Assembly (NCBI RefSeq): GCF_036365525.1
Contig: NC_090415.1
Location: 12,648,001 to 12,712,000, forward strand
Direction of reading: 5' to 3'
From: Heterodontus francisci
Taxonomy: Eukaryota
Length of the DNA: 64,000 nucleotides
The notes beneath the pieces were generated by a model that made no database searches, was not told the DNA's origin, and saw only the letters and a list, made by a program, of their open reading frames with translations. Shown one piece after another: positions 11,980 through 25,680 of this stretch (positions within the stretch are counted from its first letter, which is position 1; the number at the start of each line of letters is the position of its first letter). Both the position numbers and the translations under genes were made by a program.

Positions 11980-14900
11980 ACCTAAGAACATAAGAAACAG
12001 GAGTAAGAGCAGGCCATTCGGCCCCTCAAACCTGCCCCGCCATTCAATAAGATCATGGCTGATCTGCCTCAGACCTCAACTCCTCTTTCATGCCAGCTCC
12101 TCATAGCCCTCAACTCCCCAATATTTCTAAAATCTATCTACCTCCTCTTAAAATACTTTCAGTAATCTCACCTCCACAACTCTCTGGGGTAGGGAATTCC
12201 AGACACTCACTACGCTCTGAGAGAAGAAATTCCTTTGCATCTCAGTTTAAAATGAGTGTCCCCTTATTCTGCAACTATGTCCCCCAGTTCGAGATTCCCC
12301 CATTAGTGGAAATATCTTCTCAGCATCTACCCTGTCAAGCCCCCTCAGAATCTTATACGTTTCAATAAGGTCACCCCTCATTCTTCTATACTGTAATGAA
12401 TAAAGGGCTAACCTGTGTAGCCGTTCTTGATAAGTCAACCCCTTCATCTCAGGTATAAGCCGAGTGAATCTCTTTTGAACTGCCTCCAATGCTCGGATAT
12501 CCTTTCTTAAATATGGGGATGAAAACTGTACACAGTACTCCATGTGCGGCCTCATCAACACCCTGTACAGTTGTAACAAGACTACCCTATTTTTAAACTC
12601 CAACCCCCTCGCAATAATGTCCAAAATTCCATTTGTCTTTTTAATTACTTGCTGCACCTGAATACTAACTTTTGTGTTTCAAGGACAAGAACCCAGATCC
12701 CTCTGTGCTCCACTTTTTTGGAGTCTCTCTCCATTTAAATAATCATCTGCCTTTTGATTCTTCCTGCCAAAGTACATGACCTCTCACTCTCCTACATTAA
12801 ACTCCATCTGCCAAGCTTTTGCCCACTGACTCAACCCATCTATATCCTTTGCAGATTCCTTACGTCCTCATGACAGCATGTCCTCCCACCTATTTTTGGA
12901 TAGTCATCAAATGTGGATATATTACACTCTGCCCCCTCCTCCAAGTCATTAATATAGATAGTAAATAATTGAGGGCCTAGGACTGATCCTTGTGGGACTC
13001 CACTAGTTAAATCTTTCCAACCTGAAAAAGACCCATTAATCCCAAATCTCTGTCTTCTGTGTGTCAACCCATCCTCAATCCATGCTAATACATTACCCCC
13101 AATACCCCATGAGCTCCTGTCTTCTGCTATTATCATTAATGTAGCTCTTTATCGAATGCTTTCGGGAAATCCAAATACGCCACAGCACCCGGTACCAGTT
13201 TAGTTTAGTTTTAGAGATACAGCACTGAAACAGGCCCTTCGGCCAACCGAGTCTGTGCCGACCATCAACCACCCATTTATACTAACCCTACACTAATCCC
13301 ATATTCCTATCACGTCTCCACCTGTCTCTATATTTCCCTACCACCTACCTATACTAGGGGCAATTCATAATGGCCAATTTACCTACCAACCTGCAAGTCT
13401 TTTGGCTTGTGGGAGGAAACCAGAGCACCCGGAGAAAACCCACGCAGACACAGGGAGAACTTGCAAACTCCACACAGGCAGTGCCCAGAATTGATCCCGG
13501 GTCGCTGGAGCTGTGAGGCTGCGGTGCTAACCACTGCGCCACTGTGCCGCCAGAGTTTATCAACTCTGCTTGTTATACCATCAAAGAACTCTGGCAAATT
13601 TATCAAACATGATTTCCATTTCACAAAACCATGTTGATTGGTTTGATTGCATTAAGCTTTTCTAAATGTCCTGCTATTTCTTCCTTCATAATGGACTCCA
13701 GCATTTTTCCAATGACAGATGTCAGACTGACTGGCCTATCGTTTTCTGCTTTTTTGTCTCCCTCCCTTCGTGAACAGGGGCATCACATTAACGGTTTTCC
13801 AATCTGCTAGGACCCTCCTGGAATCCACTGAGATCTGGAATATTTTGACCAATGTTTCCATTACCTCTGCAGTCACTTCCTTTAAAACTCTTGGATGTCG
13901 GCCATCAGGTCCTGGCGACTTGTCTGCCTTTAGTCCCATTAGTTTGTCAAGTACTTTGTCCCTCGTGATAGAGACAGTTACAAGATCTTTCTTCCTATTA
14001 GGCCCTTGATTATCTGATATCTGTGGGAAGTTTATACTGTCCTCCACTGTGAAGACCGATGCAAAATATTGGTTTAAATTAGCTGCCATTTCCCTGTTCC
14101 CTGTAATCAATTCTACAGTCACATCCTCCAAAGTCCCACACTCTCTTTAGCTACTCTCTTTTTCTATACCCATAGAAGCTCTCGCTGTTTGTTTTTATAT
14201 TTCTTGCCAATTTACTTTCATAATCAATTTTCTCCCTTTTTATTAGCTTTTTGTCATCCGCTGCTGGTTCCTAAAAAAATTCCCAATCGTCCGGCCTACC
14301 ACTAATCTTTGCTGCTTTGTATGCCTTAGTTTTTGATTGGATACTCTCCTTGACTGAATTTGTTAATCATGGGTGCTTCATCCTTCTCTTTTTGACTGGG
14401 ATTAATTTTTGCTCAGCATTATGAACTATCTGTTTAAATGCCTGCCACTGCTCATCCACTGACTTTCCCCTTACGCTATTTTCCCAGCACGCTTTTGACA
14501 ACTCTTTCTTCATACCCCTGCAATTGCCTTTTTCAAGTTGAGGACACTGGTTTGAGACCCGAGTTGCTCGCCCTCAAACTGAATTTGAAATTCTACCATG
14601 TTGTGATCACTACACACCAGAGGATTCTTAACTACAATATCTCTTATTAATACTACCTTATTACACATTGCTAGATCTAAAATACCCTGTTCCCGGGTAG
14701 GTTCTGCAATGTATTACTCTAAGTATCAGTCCCTGATGCATGCTACAAATTTGTCTTCAATGTTACCTCTGCCAATCTGATTTGTCCAGTCAATATGCAG
14801 ATTAAAATTACCCATAACAATTCTACCACCCTTCTTACATGGCACCTTTATTTCCCGATTTATACTTTGTCCTACAGTGAGCCAACACGTAAGGGACCTA

Positions 14901-15950
14901 TAGTCGAATCCCACCCGTGACTTCTTCCCCTTGCTATTCCTAATTTCCACCCAAACTGATTCTGCATCATGATCTATTGCACCTATATCACCACTCACCA
15001 CTGGACTGATACCTTCCTTTGACAACAAAACTATCCAACCTGCTTCTTCTTTTTGTCTATTTTTCCAGAACGTTGAATATTGAGTTTCCAGTCTTGGTCA
15101 CCCTGCAACTACATCTCTGTAACAGCTATCAAGTTACATTCATTTATTTCTATCTGTGCCATCAACTCATCTACCTTTTCCCAAATGTTGGGTGCATTAA
15201 GTTCAAGAGCCTTAAGCTTTGACTTTTTACCATTATTAGTCATTCTGGTTTTAATTTCTGCTGCACTCTTCTGCTAATATTTCCGACACCTTCCTGTCAC
15301 ATTTTGATTACCATATGTCTCTTCACTAGCCTGCACCAGTGCTTTCTCATTCCTTTTTGATTTTTTAAACTTCCCTTCAATTGAAACCTTCCCCCCACTA
15401 ATTACTTTAAAGTCATTTCTACAACCCTAGTTATACGATTCAACAGGACACTGGTCCCAGCATGGTTCAAATGAAGCCCATCCCAATGGAACAGCTCTCT
15501 CCTTCCCCAGTACTGGTGCCACTGCTGCATGAATTGGAACCCATTACTCACACACCAAACTTTGAGCCACACGTTTACCTCTCCAATCTTATTTACCCTA
15601 TGCCAATTTGCACATGGCTCAGGTAGTAATCTGGAGAGTATTACCTTTGTGGTTCTGTTGTTTAATTTAGCCCCGAGCTGTTCCTTGTACCTCAGCAGAA
15701 CCTCTTTCAAGTCCTACTTATGGCATTGATATCTATGTGGACCACAACAACTGGATCCTTCCCATCCCACTCCAAGTTCCTCTACAGTCCAGAAGAGATG
15801 TCCTTAATCTTGGCACCAGGTAGACAGCACAGCCTTCAGGACTCCCTGTCTTTGCTGCAGAGAACGGTATCTATTCCCCGAACTATACTATCCCCTATTA
15901 CTAAACCCCCACTTGAATGGCACTCTGAACCACGGTGCTGTGATCAGTTT
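11980..15950 (-). mobile_element. Long degraded CR1 LINE (ORF1 esterase, endonuclease, RT) with nested SINE
   Basis: Minus-strand ORFs with SGNH-like DGLHLN, endonuclease GNFN, KSPGPDG and PQGSVLGP motifs. Confidence 0.88.
13200..13552 (-). mobile_element. tRNA-derived V-SINE (HE1-like), full length
   Basis: Head GGCGGCACAGTGGCGCAGTGGTTAGCAC with A/B boxes; V-core TGTGTGGAGTTTGC..TTCTCCC..GGTTTCCTCCCAC; CR1-like tail. Confidence 0.88.
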
Positions 15951-16389
15951 GCTCATCCTGCCTGCAGCCTGTGCCCTCGTCCACATGTGGAGCAACAACC
16001 TCATACCTCATGGATAAGGGCTAAGGATAAGGATAATGATCTGACTGTGGATCACATTCTGTACCTTTCAGTCTCTGATCCTGTGTGTGAATTTAGGCTT
16101 CATTATGAATTTGACAGTCTCTGGTACTGAATGTGTGTTTGGAATTCATTCCCTTTGTGCTTGTCTCCAGAGGAGTATGTACATGCGTGAGAAATTCTGT
16201 ATCTGCCAGTATCTGTACTGTGCACACATGTTGGACTCATTCAATATATGTAAGTTACTGATACTGTGTCTGTATTTGTGATTCATTCTCGATCTCTGAA
16301 GCTCTTGTTCTCTGTTTGAGTGCAGGATTCATTCTGCACCTAGGTGTCTATGTACTGTATGTGAGTGTGGGATCCTGCTGTATTCATCG

Positions 16390-18200
16390 AAACATAGAAA
16401 ATAGGAGCAGGAGAAGGCCCCCAAAGGGCTTGCTTCACCATTTAAATAGGGATCATGGCCACTTGTCGAATTCAGTGCCCTGTTCCCACATTCTCCCCAT
16501 ATCAGTTGATCCCTTTGGCATTAAGAAATATATCTATTTCCTTCTTGAATATATCTAATGACTTGGCCTCCACTGCCTTCTGCGGTAGACAACTCCATAG
16601 GTTCACCATCCTCTAAGTGAAGAAATTTCTCCTCATCTCAGTTCTAAATTGCATACCCCGTATCCTGAGACTGTGACCCCTGGTTCTGGACTCCCCAGCC
16701 ATCGGGAACATCCTCCCTGCATTCAGCATTATTAGTCCTGTTAGAATTTTATTGGTTTCTATGAGATCCCCTCTCATTCTTCTAAACCAAAGTAAATGTA
16801 GGCCTACTTGACCCAATCTCTCCTCGTACATCAATCCTGCCATCCCAGGAAACAAGGTGAGAACAAAATTCCAAAGATATAGAGACCAAAACTGCACACA
16901 ATACAGCGGCACAGTGGTTAGCACCACAGTCTCACAGCTCCAGCGACGTGGGTTTGGTTCTGCGTACTGCCTGTGCGGAGTTTGCAAGTTCTTTCTGTGA
17001 CCATGTGGGTTTCCGCCGGGTGCTCTGATTTTCTCCCACAGCCGAAGACTTGCAGGTTGATAGGTAAATTGGCCATTGTAAATAGCCCCTAGTATAAGTT
17101 GGTGGTAGGGAAGGTGGGTAGAGGTAGGGAATATGGGATTAATGTAGGATTAGTATAAATAGGTGATTGTTGGTCGGATGGGGTTAATGTAGGATTAGTA
17201 TAAAAATGGGTGGTTGTTGGTCAGCACAGACTCGGTTGCCCAAAGGGCCTGGTTCAGTGCTGTATCACTCTATGACTCTAAGTACTCCAGATGAGTCTCA
17301 CCAAGGCCTTGTATAACTGCAGCAAGACATCTGTGCTCCTGTACTCAAATACTCTTGCAACGAAGGCCAACATACCATTTTCCTTCCTAATTGCTTGCTG
17401 CACCTGAATGCTTGCTTTCAGCGACTGGTGTACAAGGACACCCAGGTCTCGTTGCACCTCCCCCTTTCCCTATCTATCACTATTCAGATAATAATCTGTT
17501 TTACTGTTTTAAAACCAAAGTGGATAAATTCACTTTTATCCAATTTATATTTCATCTGCCACACAGTTGCCAACTCACCCAACTTGTCCAAATCACATTG
17601 GAGCCTTTTGCATCCTCCTCACAGCTCACAATCCCCCCCCACAAACCCCACCCCCAGCTCTGTGTCATCTGCAAACCTGGAAATGTTACATTTACTTCCC
17701 TCACCCAAGTCTGTAAGATATATTGTGAATAGCTGGGGCTCAAGCACAGTATCCAGCAATACCCCACTGGACCCTGCCTGCCACCCAGAAATATACCCAT
17801 TTATTCCTACTCTGTTTCCTGTCTGTCAACTAATTCCCAATCCCTGCCAGTATATTACCCCCAATCCCATGTGCTTTAATTTTGCACACTAACCTCTTAT
17901 GTGGCAACTTGTCAAAAGCCTTCTGAAAATCCAAATGCACCACATCCACTAGTTCTCCCTTATCTAGTCTGCTAGTTACATCCTCAAAAAAATTCCAGTG
18001 GATTTGTTAAGCATGACTTCTCTTTCGTAAAACTATCACATCCTTTATAATAGACTCCAGCATTTTCCCCACGACTGATGAAAGGTTCACTCGTCTGTAA
18101 TTCCTTTTTTTTCTCTCCCTCCTTGTTTTAAATAGTGAGGTTACATTTTCCACCCTCCAATCTGTACGAACTGCTCCAGAGTCGCCAGAATTTTGGAATA
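16390..18200 (-). mobile_element. CR1 LINE RT/3' fragment with nested SINE
   Basis: RRMRGDLIET and RTRGHSLRIRG relics; RT remnants up to ~18200. Confidence 0.85.
16906..17280 (+). mobile_element. V-SINE (HE1-like)
   Basis: GCGGCACAGTGGTTAGCAC head, V-core and tail CTGTATCACTCTATGACTCTA. Confidence 0.85.
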
Positions 18201-20292
18201 TCCGGTACTTCATATGTATCTCAGGCATTGTGGTGACAACTCTTTGTTTCACACGTTAATGTATCAATATGTGTTTACTTGTGTTTAATTTAAAATATGG
18301 ATTAACAATGTTTTATTGCTGTCGGTTTTATTCAATTCTTGTTTGTGAGTTGTAGCTTTTTATCCAATTTGTATCTCTGCAAAAGCAATTGTGAATGACA
18401 ATCTTTCAATTTTAGAGCATGAACTGACATGTAATGTCAAATTCCATCAGTTTGTAGTAAATGAACTAATCATGTATGTTTTTGTCTGACCCTTAGTGAC
18501 ATGTTTACACTGCTGTGTAATTTGTAGCTCAGTTTATATTGTGGGGTATGTTATTGGGATTCATTCTGTAGCTTTCAATCAGGTACATTTTGTCTGTTCT
18601 GTTTAAGATTTGGTATTTGAATTGTAGCCAAGGTGACACAGTGTATTTAAATCAGATAATGTGTGTGTTTTTGGACTGTGATTCATGTATCCACCAGTCA
18701 GTTGGAGAGAAATAGAAACAAATACTATCTCTATGCTCTGTTTGACTATTGGATTGATAATGTGTCTCTTTGGGATCAGTGTGGGTCTGACTACTTCTTT
18801 TGTTTGTGACAGTGGAAATGATGACCTGACCGTGTCACTTTGCTTTGTGACTGATACTGTACCTAATATGTGTTGGAACGAGCTGGAGGTACTTTTCCAT
18901 CTATTGATGAGTCATGACTTTCATTCTGGTTCCTTCGAGTGTTTGCCTGGCAGATAAAAAAGGTAACTCTTACACTTGAAGTACAGGTGAGTGAGAAGAC
19001 ACAAAAGTAATCAATGTCATATTTTCAATAATAATCATTCTGAGCAATCACAAAAGGAAAGTTCACACATAAGCAGTGTCAGTGTCTGAGTCCACGGCAG
19101 TACTCTGCTTCTGTTTCCCAGGTATTTGGAGCAGTTTTACAGCAATTTTGTGACATTCAGAAACAACCCATGCCCTGCACTGCTCAATGACCCGGACAAC
19201 TCAATGGAGAAGTGACATTTGCACAAGCCAGAGTTCTATTTCCATGTCCAATTGTTCAATGGACAAGAAGTAATGACTGTTTAAAAAAGTGTCCTTAATC
19301 TCCTCACCTGATCCTGCAATAGACAGTCTTTGAAAATCTGCATTGTCTACATTATTCAGCCATTTTTTTTCCGCCATTCATGGCGATATACAGTACCTAA
19401 ACAGGCCCTTCAGCCCATCGAGTCCTTCCTGACCATCAACCACCCATTTATACCAATCCTATATTAATCCCATTTTTCCCTCTAAAGTCCCCACTATTCT
19501 CCTACAACATATCTACACCAGGGGCATTTTGTTTTTTTGCAATGGCTAATTTACCAATCAACTTGCAAGTCTTTGGCATGTGGAAGGAAACCAGAGCACC
19601 CAGCGGAAACCCATGCAGTCACAGGGAAAAGTTGCAAAATCCACACAAGCAGGACGAAGAACCGGACCAATGTCACTGGAGCTGTGAGGCTGCGGTGCTA
19701 GTCACTGTGCCACTCTGCCACCCAATTCACTATCCAACAACAACAAACAGTGAGATATTGAAACCGAACCAGGAACATGCATTACAGTTTGGAGAGAGAA
19801 ATCGGAAATGATTTTGAAAAAGGGAGTTCATCATATTCTGTCTCTCTCTCCCTGTCTAGACACTGCCCGAGAAAGACCTCTCCCTTTCCCCTGGCTCACT
19901 CCATGTTCCGGGACCAGTTCCTGCTTCACAGTGCATATTACAAACAGTCCCCCAGTCCTGCTGAATTAGCAGAAGTAGACCATTCAGCCGCTCGAGCTTG
20001 CTCCGCTATTCAGTTTGTTCATGGCTGATCAATTTCTGAGTTGAATTCCACACTCCCATCTATGCCTGATAATCTTAGATTCAATTACCCCACCTCCACC
20101 ACCTTCTGAGGCAGAGAATTCCAAAGTTGCACAACCCTCAGAGAGAAAAAAATCTCATCTCTGTCCTAAAATGGCGACCCCTAATTCGAAAACAGCACCC
20201 CCGAGTTCTGAACTCATCCACAAGAGGAAACATCCTTTCCCCATCCACTTGTCAAGACCATTCAGGATCTTATACACTTCAATCAAGTCTCC
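17252..20292. repeat. Internal segmental duplication, paralog of 31601-34692
   Basis: Colinear, high-identity sequence including twin ORFs 17395/31744 and the same SINE insertion. Confidence 0.93.
19390..19722 (-). mobile_element. V-SINE (HE1-like), degraded; paralog at ~33745-34078
   Basis: Reverse complement of SINE head and core. Confidence 0.8.
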
Positions 20293-22990
20293 CCTCACTC
20301 TTCTGAACTCCAGTGAAGAAAAGCCCAGTCCGTCCAACCTTTCCTCATAAGACAACCCACTGATTCCAGGTATCAATCTAATAAACCTCCTGTGAAACGC
20401 CTCCAACACATTTACTTCCTTCCTGAAATATGGAGACTAAAACTGCACGCAGTATTCAAGATGTGGTCACACCAATGCCCTGTATAACTGAAGCATAACA
20501 TTCTTACATTTATTTTCAATTCCTCTCATGATAAAGGATAGTATTCCATTTTCCTTCTTGATGACTTGCTGTACCTGCATACTAACTTTTCATGACTCAT
20601 GCACCAGAACACCTAGATCCCTCTGCACCTCGGAATTATGCAGTTGTTCTCCATTTAAGTAATACTTTGTTTTTTTAATCTTCCAGACAAAGTGAACAAC
20701 TTCACATTTTTTCACATTACACTTCATCTGCCAGATTTCTGACCACTCACTCAACCATCTATAAAGGTCTGCAACCTCCTTATGTCCTCATCACAACACA
20801 CTTTCCTACCGATCTGTGTGTCATCTGCAAATTTAACTGCCATGCCATTGCTCCCCTCATCTAGGTCATGGATATAAATTGTAAAAAGTTGTGGGCCCAG
20901 CACAGACCCCTGTGTTACTCCACTTATCACATCCTCCCGATCAGAATGTTTTCTGTCAGCCAGCCAATCTTCTATCTATGCTAATTAAGTTACCCACTAC
21001 ACCATGAACTCCTGCTTTGCACAATAACCTTTCATGTGACACCTTGACAAAGGACTTCTTGAAAACCAAATACTGTATGTCAATGGGCTCCCCTTTATCC
21101 CCAGTGCATTTTCCTCCTTGAAAGAACTCTAATACTTTGGTTAACCATGATTTCCCTTTCACATAGCCATGCTGAACATTTCCAATGACCTTGTGTTTTT
21201 CTAAAGGCCCAGCTATAGCCTCCTTAATGATCAATTCTAACACCTTCCCGACTCCGGGGTCAAGCTAACTGGCCTATCGTTACCCAATTTCTGCCTCCCC
21301 ACCTTCTTGAATCGAAGGGTTATATTTACTACTTTCCAGTCTGATGGAACCTTTCTAGAATCTGGCGAATCTTGAAAAATTAACAACGAATCAACTATTT
21401 CAGCAGCCATAACTTTAAGGACCCGAGGATGAAGCCCATCAGGACCCAGAGACTTGTCAGCCAGCAGCTCCATCAGTTTACTCAGTCCCACTTCCCTGGT
21501 GATTGTAACTTCACCAAGTTCCTCTCTTCCTTCCACCTCCTGATTTACTGCTATTACTGAAATATTTTGTGTATCCTCTGGTGAAGACAGAAGCCAAATA
21601 ATTGTTCATTTCAACCACCATTTCTTTATTATCTACTATTAACTCCCCATTCTCATTCTCTAAATGACCAACACTCACTTTACTTACACTTTTCCTTTTT
21701 AAATACCTATGGAAACACTTGCTATCCGTTTTTACATTTCTAGCTAGTTTGCTGTCATAATCTAATTTATTTTCCCCTGATTAACCTTTCAGTCATTCTC
21801 TGCCATTCATTATATTCTAACCAATCATCTGACCTGCCCCTCCCCTTTGCACAATTATATGCTTTTTCCTTAAGGTTGAGGCTATCCTTAACTTCTTTAG
21901 TTAACAATGGATGGTGGGTCCTCCCCTTAGAATTTTACTTGACTGTCGGAATATACTTCCTTTGAGTATTCAGAAATATCGCCTTCAATGTCTGCTACTG
22001 CTTCTCTATTGACTTGTCTCCTCGCCTAGTAACCCAGTTCAATTCAGCTCGCTCAGCTTTCATGCCCACATAGTTGTCCTTATTTAAGTTTAAAATACTA
22101 GTCTTAGACCCACTCCTCTCAATTTCAAACAGGATGCAAAATGCAGTCATATTGTGGTTGCTGCTACCTCGAGGTGCCTTTACTCTGAGGTCATTAATTA
22201 ATCCTGTCAAATTACACAATACCAAATCTAATATAACCAGGTTCCAGAATGTTCTGCTCGAAGAAACTATCTCAAAAGCATTCTATGAACTCCTCGTCCA
22301 GGCTGCTATTACCAATCCCATTTTTCCAGTTTATATGTTGAATAAAATCCCCATTATTATTTCCATCCCTTTATCACAAGCACCCAAAATTTGTTCTTGT
22401 ATACTTCACCCGACATTGTCATTATTGCTCGGTGGCCAGTACACAACTCCTACTCGTGACTTCTTTCCCCGACTATTCCTCATTGTCACCCAAACCGATT
22501 CTACATCCTGATCTCCGGAACCAAGGTCATCTCTAACTATTGCACCAATGCCATCCTTGATTAACAGTGCAACCCCTTCACCTTTATCTAACTTCCTATT
22601 CTTCTTGAATGCTGTTTCCCCCTCAATATTCAGGACCCAACCATTGTTATCTTGCAACCATGTCTCTGTAATGGCTATTATATCATATTGATTTACTTCA
22701 ATGTGCACTATCTGTTCCTCTACCTTGTTATGAATGCTATGTGCATTCACATACAGAGCCTTATATTTTTTTTATCATTGTAAACACCTTGTGTTTACTG
22801 TTGCTGTGTTCTTAGGTTTTTTTCTCTCTGTCCCTTCCACCATTCACTGGTCTTCATTTCCCATATTACTATTCTGCTCTCTTACCTTGACTCTACACCT
22901 TGATTTGTTGCACCTACCCAAGCTTGATCCCTTTACCCCTTTGTTTCATTCAAAGCCCTCTCTGCTTCCCTAGTTATGCAGTTTGCCAGA
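19965..22990 (-). mobile_element. Degraded CR1 LINE ORF2; older paralog at ~38985-41880
   Basis: Endonuclease motifs NAHSIHNK/IAITETWL, DKSLGPDG and RT remnants. Confidence 0.85.
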
Positions 22991-22999
22991 AAACTGTTC

Positions 23000-24485
23000 C
23001 CTCTCAATTGCCTAGTCTACAATTTATCTCTGTCAGTTTCTGATTTTGAGTGTGAGTAACTCTGTACCTGTTTTATGTGAGAACCGTCTTATTCTGTATC
23101 TTTCAGATTTTGATGTGTCTGTGTGTCTGGCTTGTACTTTGTCCCCATCAGTTTAGGGTATGTGAGTGTGGATTTGACTGTTAATATTCCATTCTTGGGA
23201 ATATGAGTGGGGGTTTACACTTCATCTTTGAGTGTCTAGTCGGCCAACTTAAGGTTTAATCTGTGCCCTTAAATTTCTAATGTGTAGCTGTGGTTTTTAT
23301 CCTGTCGCTGTCACTATCTGTTATAAGAGTAAGGGGTACATTCTGGTTTTTGATTGTGGATTTTTCACCACATCTCTACATTGTCTCGGATGTGAATGTG
23401 ATTTTTAATCTGTACATGCCAGTTTCTGACATATGGCTCTGAGGTTTAATTTGTACATGTCAAAATCTGGTATGTGACTGCCAATTTTATTCTGAACCTC
23501 TCAGTTTCCTTTACCTGTGTGCGAGTTTTAGTTGGTATCTGTCAGTATCTGGTATATGAATCTTCTTCCTTATGCGTATGTTTTGCTCTGTATTTGTCAG
23601 TGTCTGAAGTGCCAATTGTCAGGTTTTCTTTGTACCTGTCACTCTCTGTTATGCATCACAGACTTTCCCTCTCTAACTGTAAATTTCTAACAATTCACTG
23701 TGGATTTCTCTCTGTGTCTGTCAGTCTCTGGTAGCTAAGTGTGGTTTTTATATTTCATCTCCTAATTTCTGATCTGTGAATGGAGATTTTAATCTGTACC
23801 TTTTGGCTTCTAGTGTGCGAGTCTGTGTTTCAATCTGTATCTACCAGTTTCTCATATGTGAGGGTGGCATTTATTCTGTACCAGTTACTTGCTGAAATGT
23901 GTGAAGATTTCAATCTTTCCCTGTCAGTTTCTGGTATGTGAATGTGGGTTTATTCTGGATCTTTCAATCTTTGGAATTTGAGTACATTCTTTATCCTATA
24001 CCTTTTTGCTTCTGTTAAGTGAATGAAGGATTAGATCTGTACCTGTCCATTGATAGTAAATGAATATCTGTTTTAGTCTGTACCTGGCAGTTTATGGCAA
24101 AGTAAGGTGGTTTATTTCTCTACCTGCCAGATTCTGATATGTGACTGTTGTTTTATTCTGTACCTGTTATTTTCTGTGATATGATTCTGGCTTTTGATCT
24201 GTACCTGTCAGTTGCTGTTACTTGACTGAGTTTCACTTTGTACCAGTTGGTTTCTGGTATGTGAGTGTCAGTTTTAAGTTGTACCTGTAAAATTAAGGTA
24301 TGACAGTGTGGGTTTATTCTGTATCTTTCAAACACTAGTTAGTGATATGGGTTTTTTTTTCTCTGAATCTTTCGATTTCTGGTCGGTAAGTTTGTGTTCT
24401 TATCTGCATCTTACAGTTCCTTATCGGTGTCTGTGCGCACATTTCCTTTTTCTGCAGCTATCAACGTCTGCTACGTGAGTATGTG
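23000..24485. repeat. Degenerate 40-41-bp tandem array
   Basis: TACC/TATC anchors at ~24040, 24081, 24121, 24161, 24202, 24241, 24282 and 24322; paralog at ~41890-43720. Confidence 0.82.
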
Positions 24486-24489
24486 TAAT

Positions 24490-25680
24490 GTGTGAAGACC
24501 AAGGCAAAATATTGGTATAAATTATTTGCCATTTCCCTGTTCCCCATTATCAGTTCTCCAGTTGCATCCTCTGAGGTCCCCTCACTCACTTTAGCTACTC
24601 TCATTCTTTTTATATTCCCGGAGAAGCTCTCACTGTTTGTTTATATATTTCTTGCCAATTTACTGTCAGAATCAATGTTCCCCCTCTTTATTAACTTTTT
24701 AGTCGTCCGTTGCTGATTCCTAAAATATTCCCAATCCCCTGGCCAGCCACTAGTTTTTGCCTCTTTGTATGCCTCAGTTTTTAATTGGATATTCTCCTTG
24801 ACAGCATTTATTAACCACAGATGCTTCATCCTTCTCTTTTTGACTGGGATAAATTTTTGCTGAGCATTATAAAATATCTGTTTAAATGTCTGCCACTGCT
24901 CATCCACTGACCTTCCCCTTAGTCCATTTTCCCAGCCCGCTTTAGACAACTCTTTCTTCATACCACAGCAATTACCCTTGTTTAAGTTGAGGACACTGGT
25001 TTGAGACCCGAGTAGCTCGCCCTCAAACTGAATTTGAAATTCTACCATGTTGTGATCACTACCCCATAGAGGATCCTTAACTACAATATCTCTTGTTAAT
25101 CCTATCACATTACACATTACTAGATCCAAAATAGCCTGTTCCCGGGTACGTTCTGCAATGTATTGATCGAAGTAACAGTCCCTGATGTACTCGACAAATT
25201 CACCTTCCATGTTACCTCTGCCAATCTGATTTGTCCAGTGAATATGTTTACCTCTATAATCTTATTTACCCTACGCAAATTTGCACGTTGCTCTGCTAGT
25301 AATCTGAGGAGTATTACCTTTCTGGTTCTGCTTTTTAATTTAGCCCCGAGCTGCTCATAGGCTCTGAGCAGAAGTGGATTCCTTGTCCTACCGATGTGGA
25401 CCAAGACAGCTGGATCCTTCCCCTCCCACTCCAAGTTACTCTATAGTCAAGAAGAGATGTCATTAATCTTGGCACCAGGTCGGCAACACAGCCTTTGGGA
25501 CTCCCTGTTATTGATGCAGAGAATGGAATCTATTCCCCTAAATCTGCAATCCCCTATTACTAATCCCCCCACTTGAATAGCGCTCTGAACCACACTGCTG
25601 TGGACAGTTTGCTCATCCTCCCCTACAGCCTGTGCCCTCGTCCACACAGGGAGCAAGAAGCTCATACCTATTGGATAAGG
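24490..25680 (-). mobile_element. CR1 LINE fragment (endonuclease C-part plus ORF1 piece), paralog of ~14045-16020
   Basis: ORF 24641..25210 with LDLV and GSDHN motifs. Confidence 0.85.

Noticed and set aside
13480-13552. tRNA-like sequence with A/B boxes (also ~16906, ~19720, ~34076)
   Set aside because: These are SINE heads fused to the V-core and a LINE tail, not tRNA genes.
17391-17892. Duplicated 165-aa and 113-aa ORFs (also 31740-32241)
   Set aside because: Antisense to a decayed CR1 RT; conserved only because of the recent duplication.
19070-19250. Conserved block in the four repeated units as a possible coding exon
   Set aside because: No frame stays open across copies and splice boundaries are inconsistent.
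23000-24485. Regularly spaced motif resembling a CRISPR array or coding repeat
   Set aside because: Eukaryotic context, whole unit degenerate with no unique spacers, no cas genes; the 40-41 period is not a stable multiple of 3.
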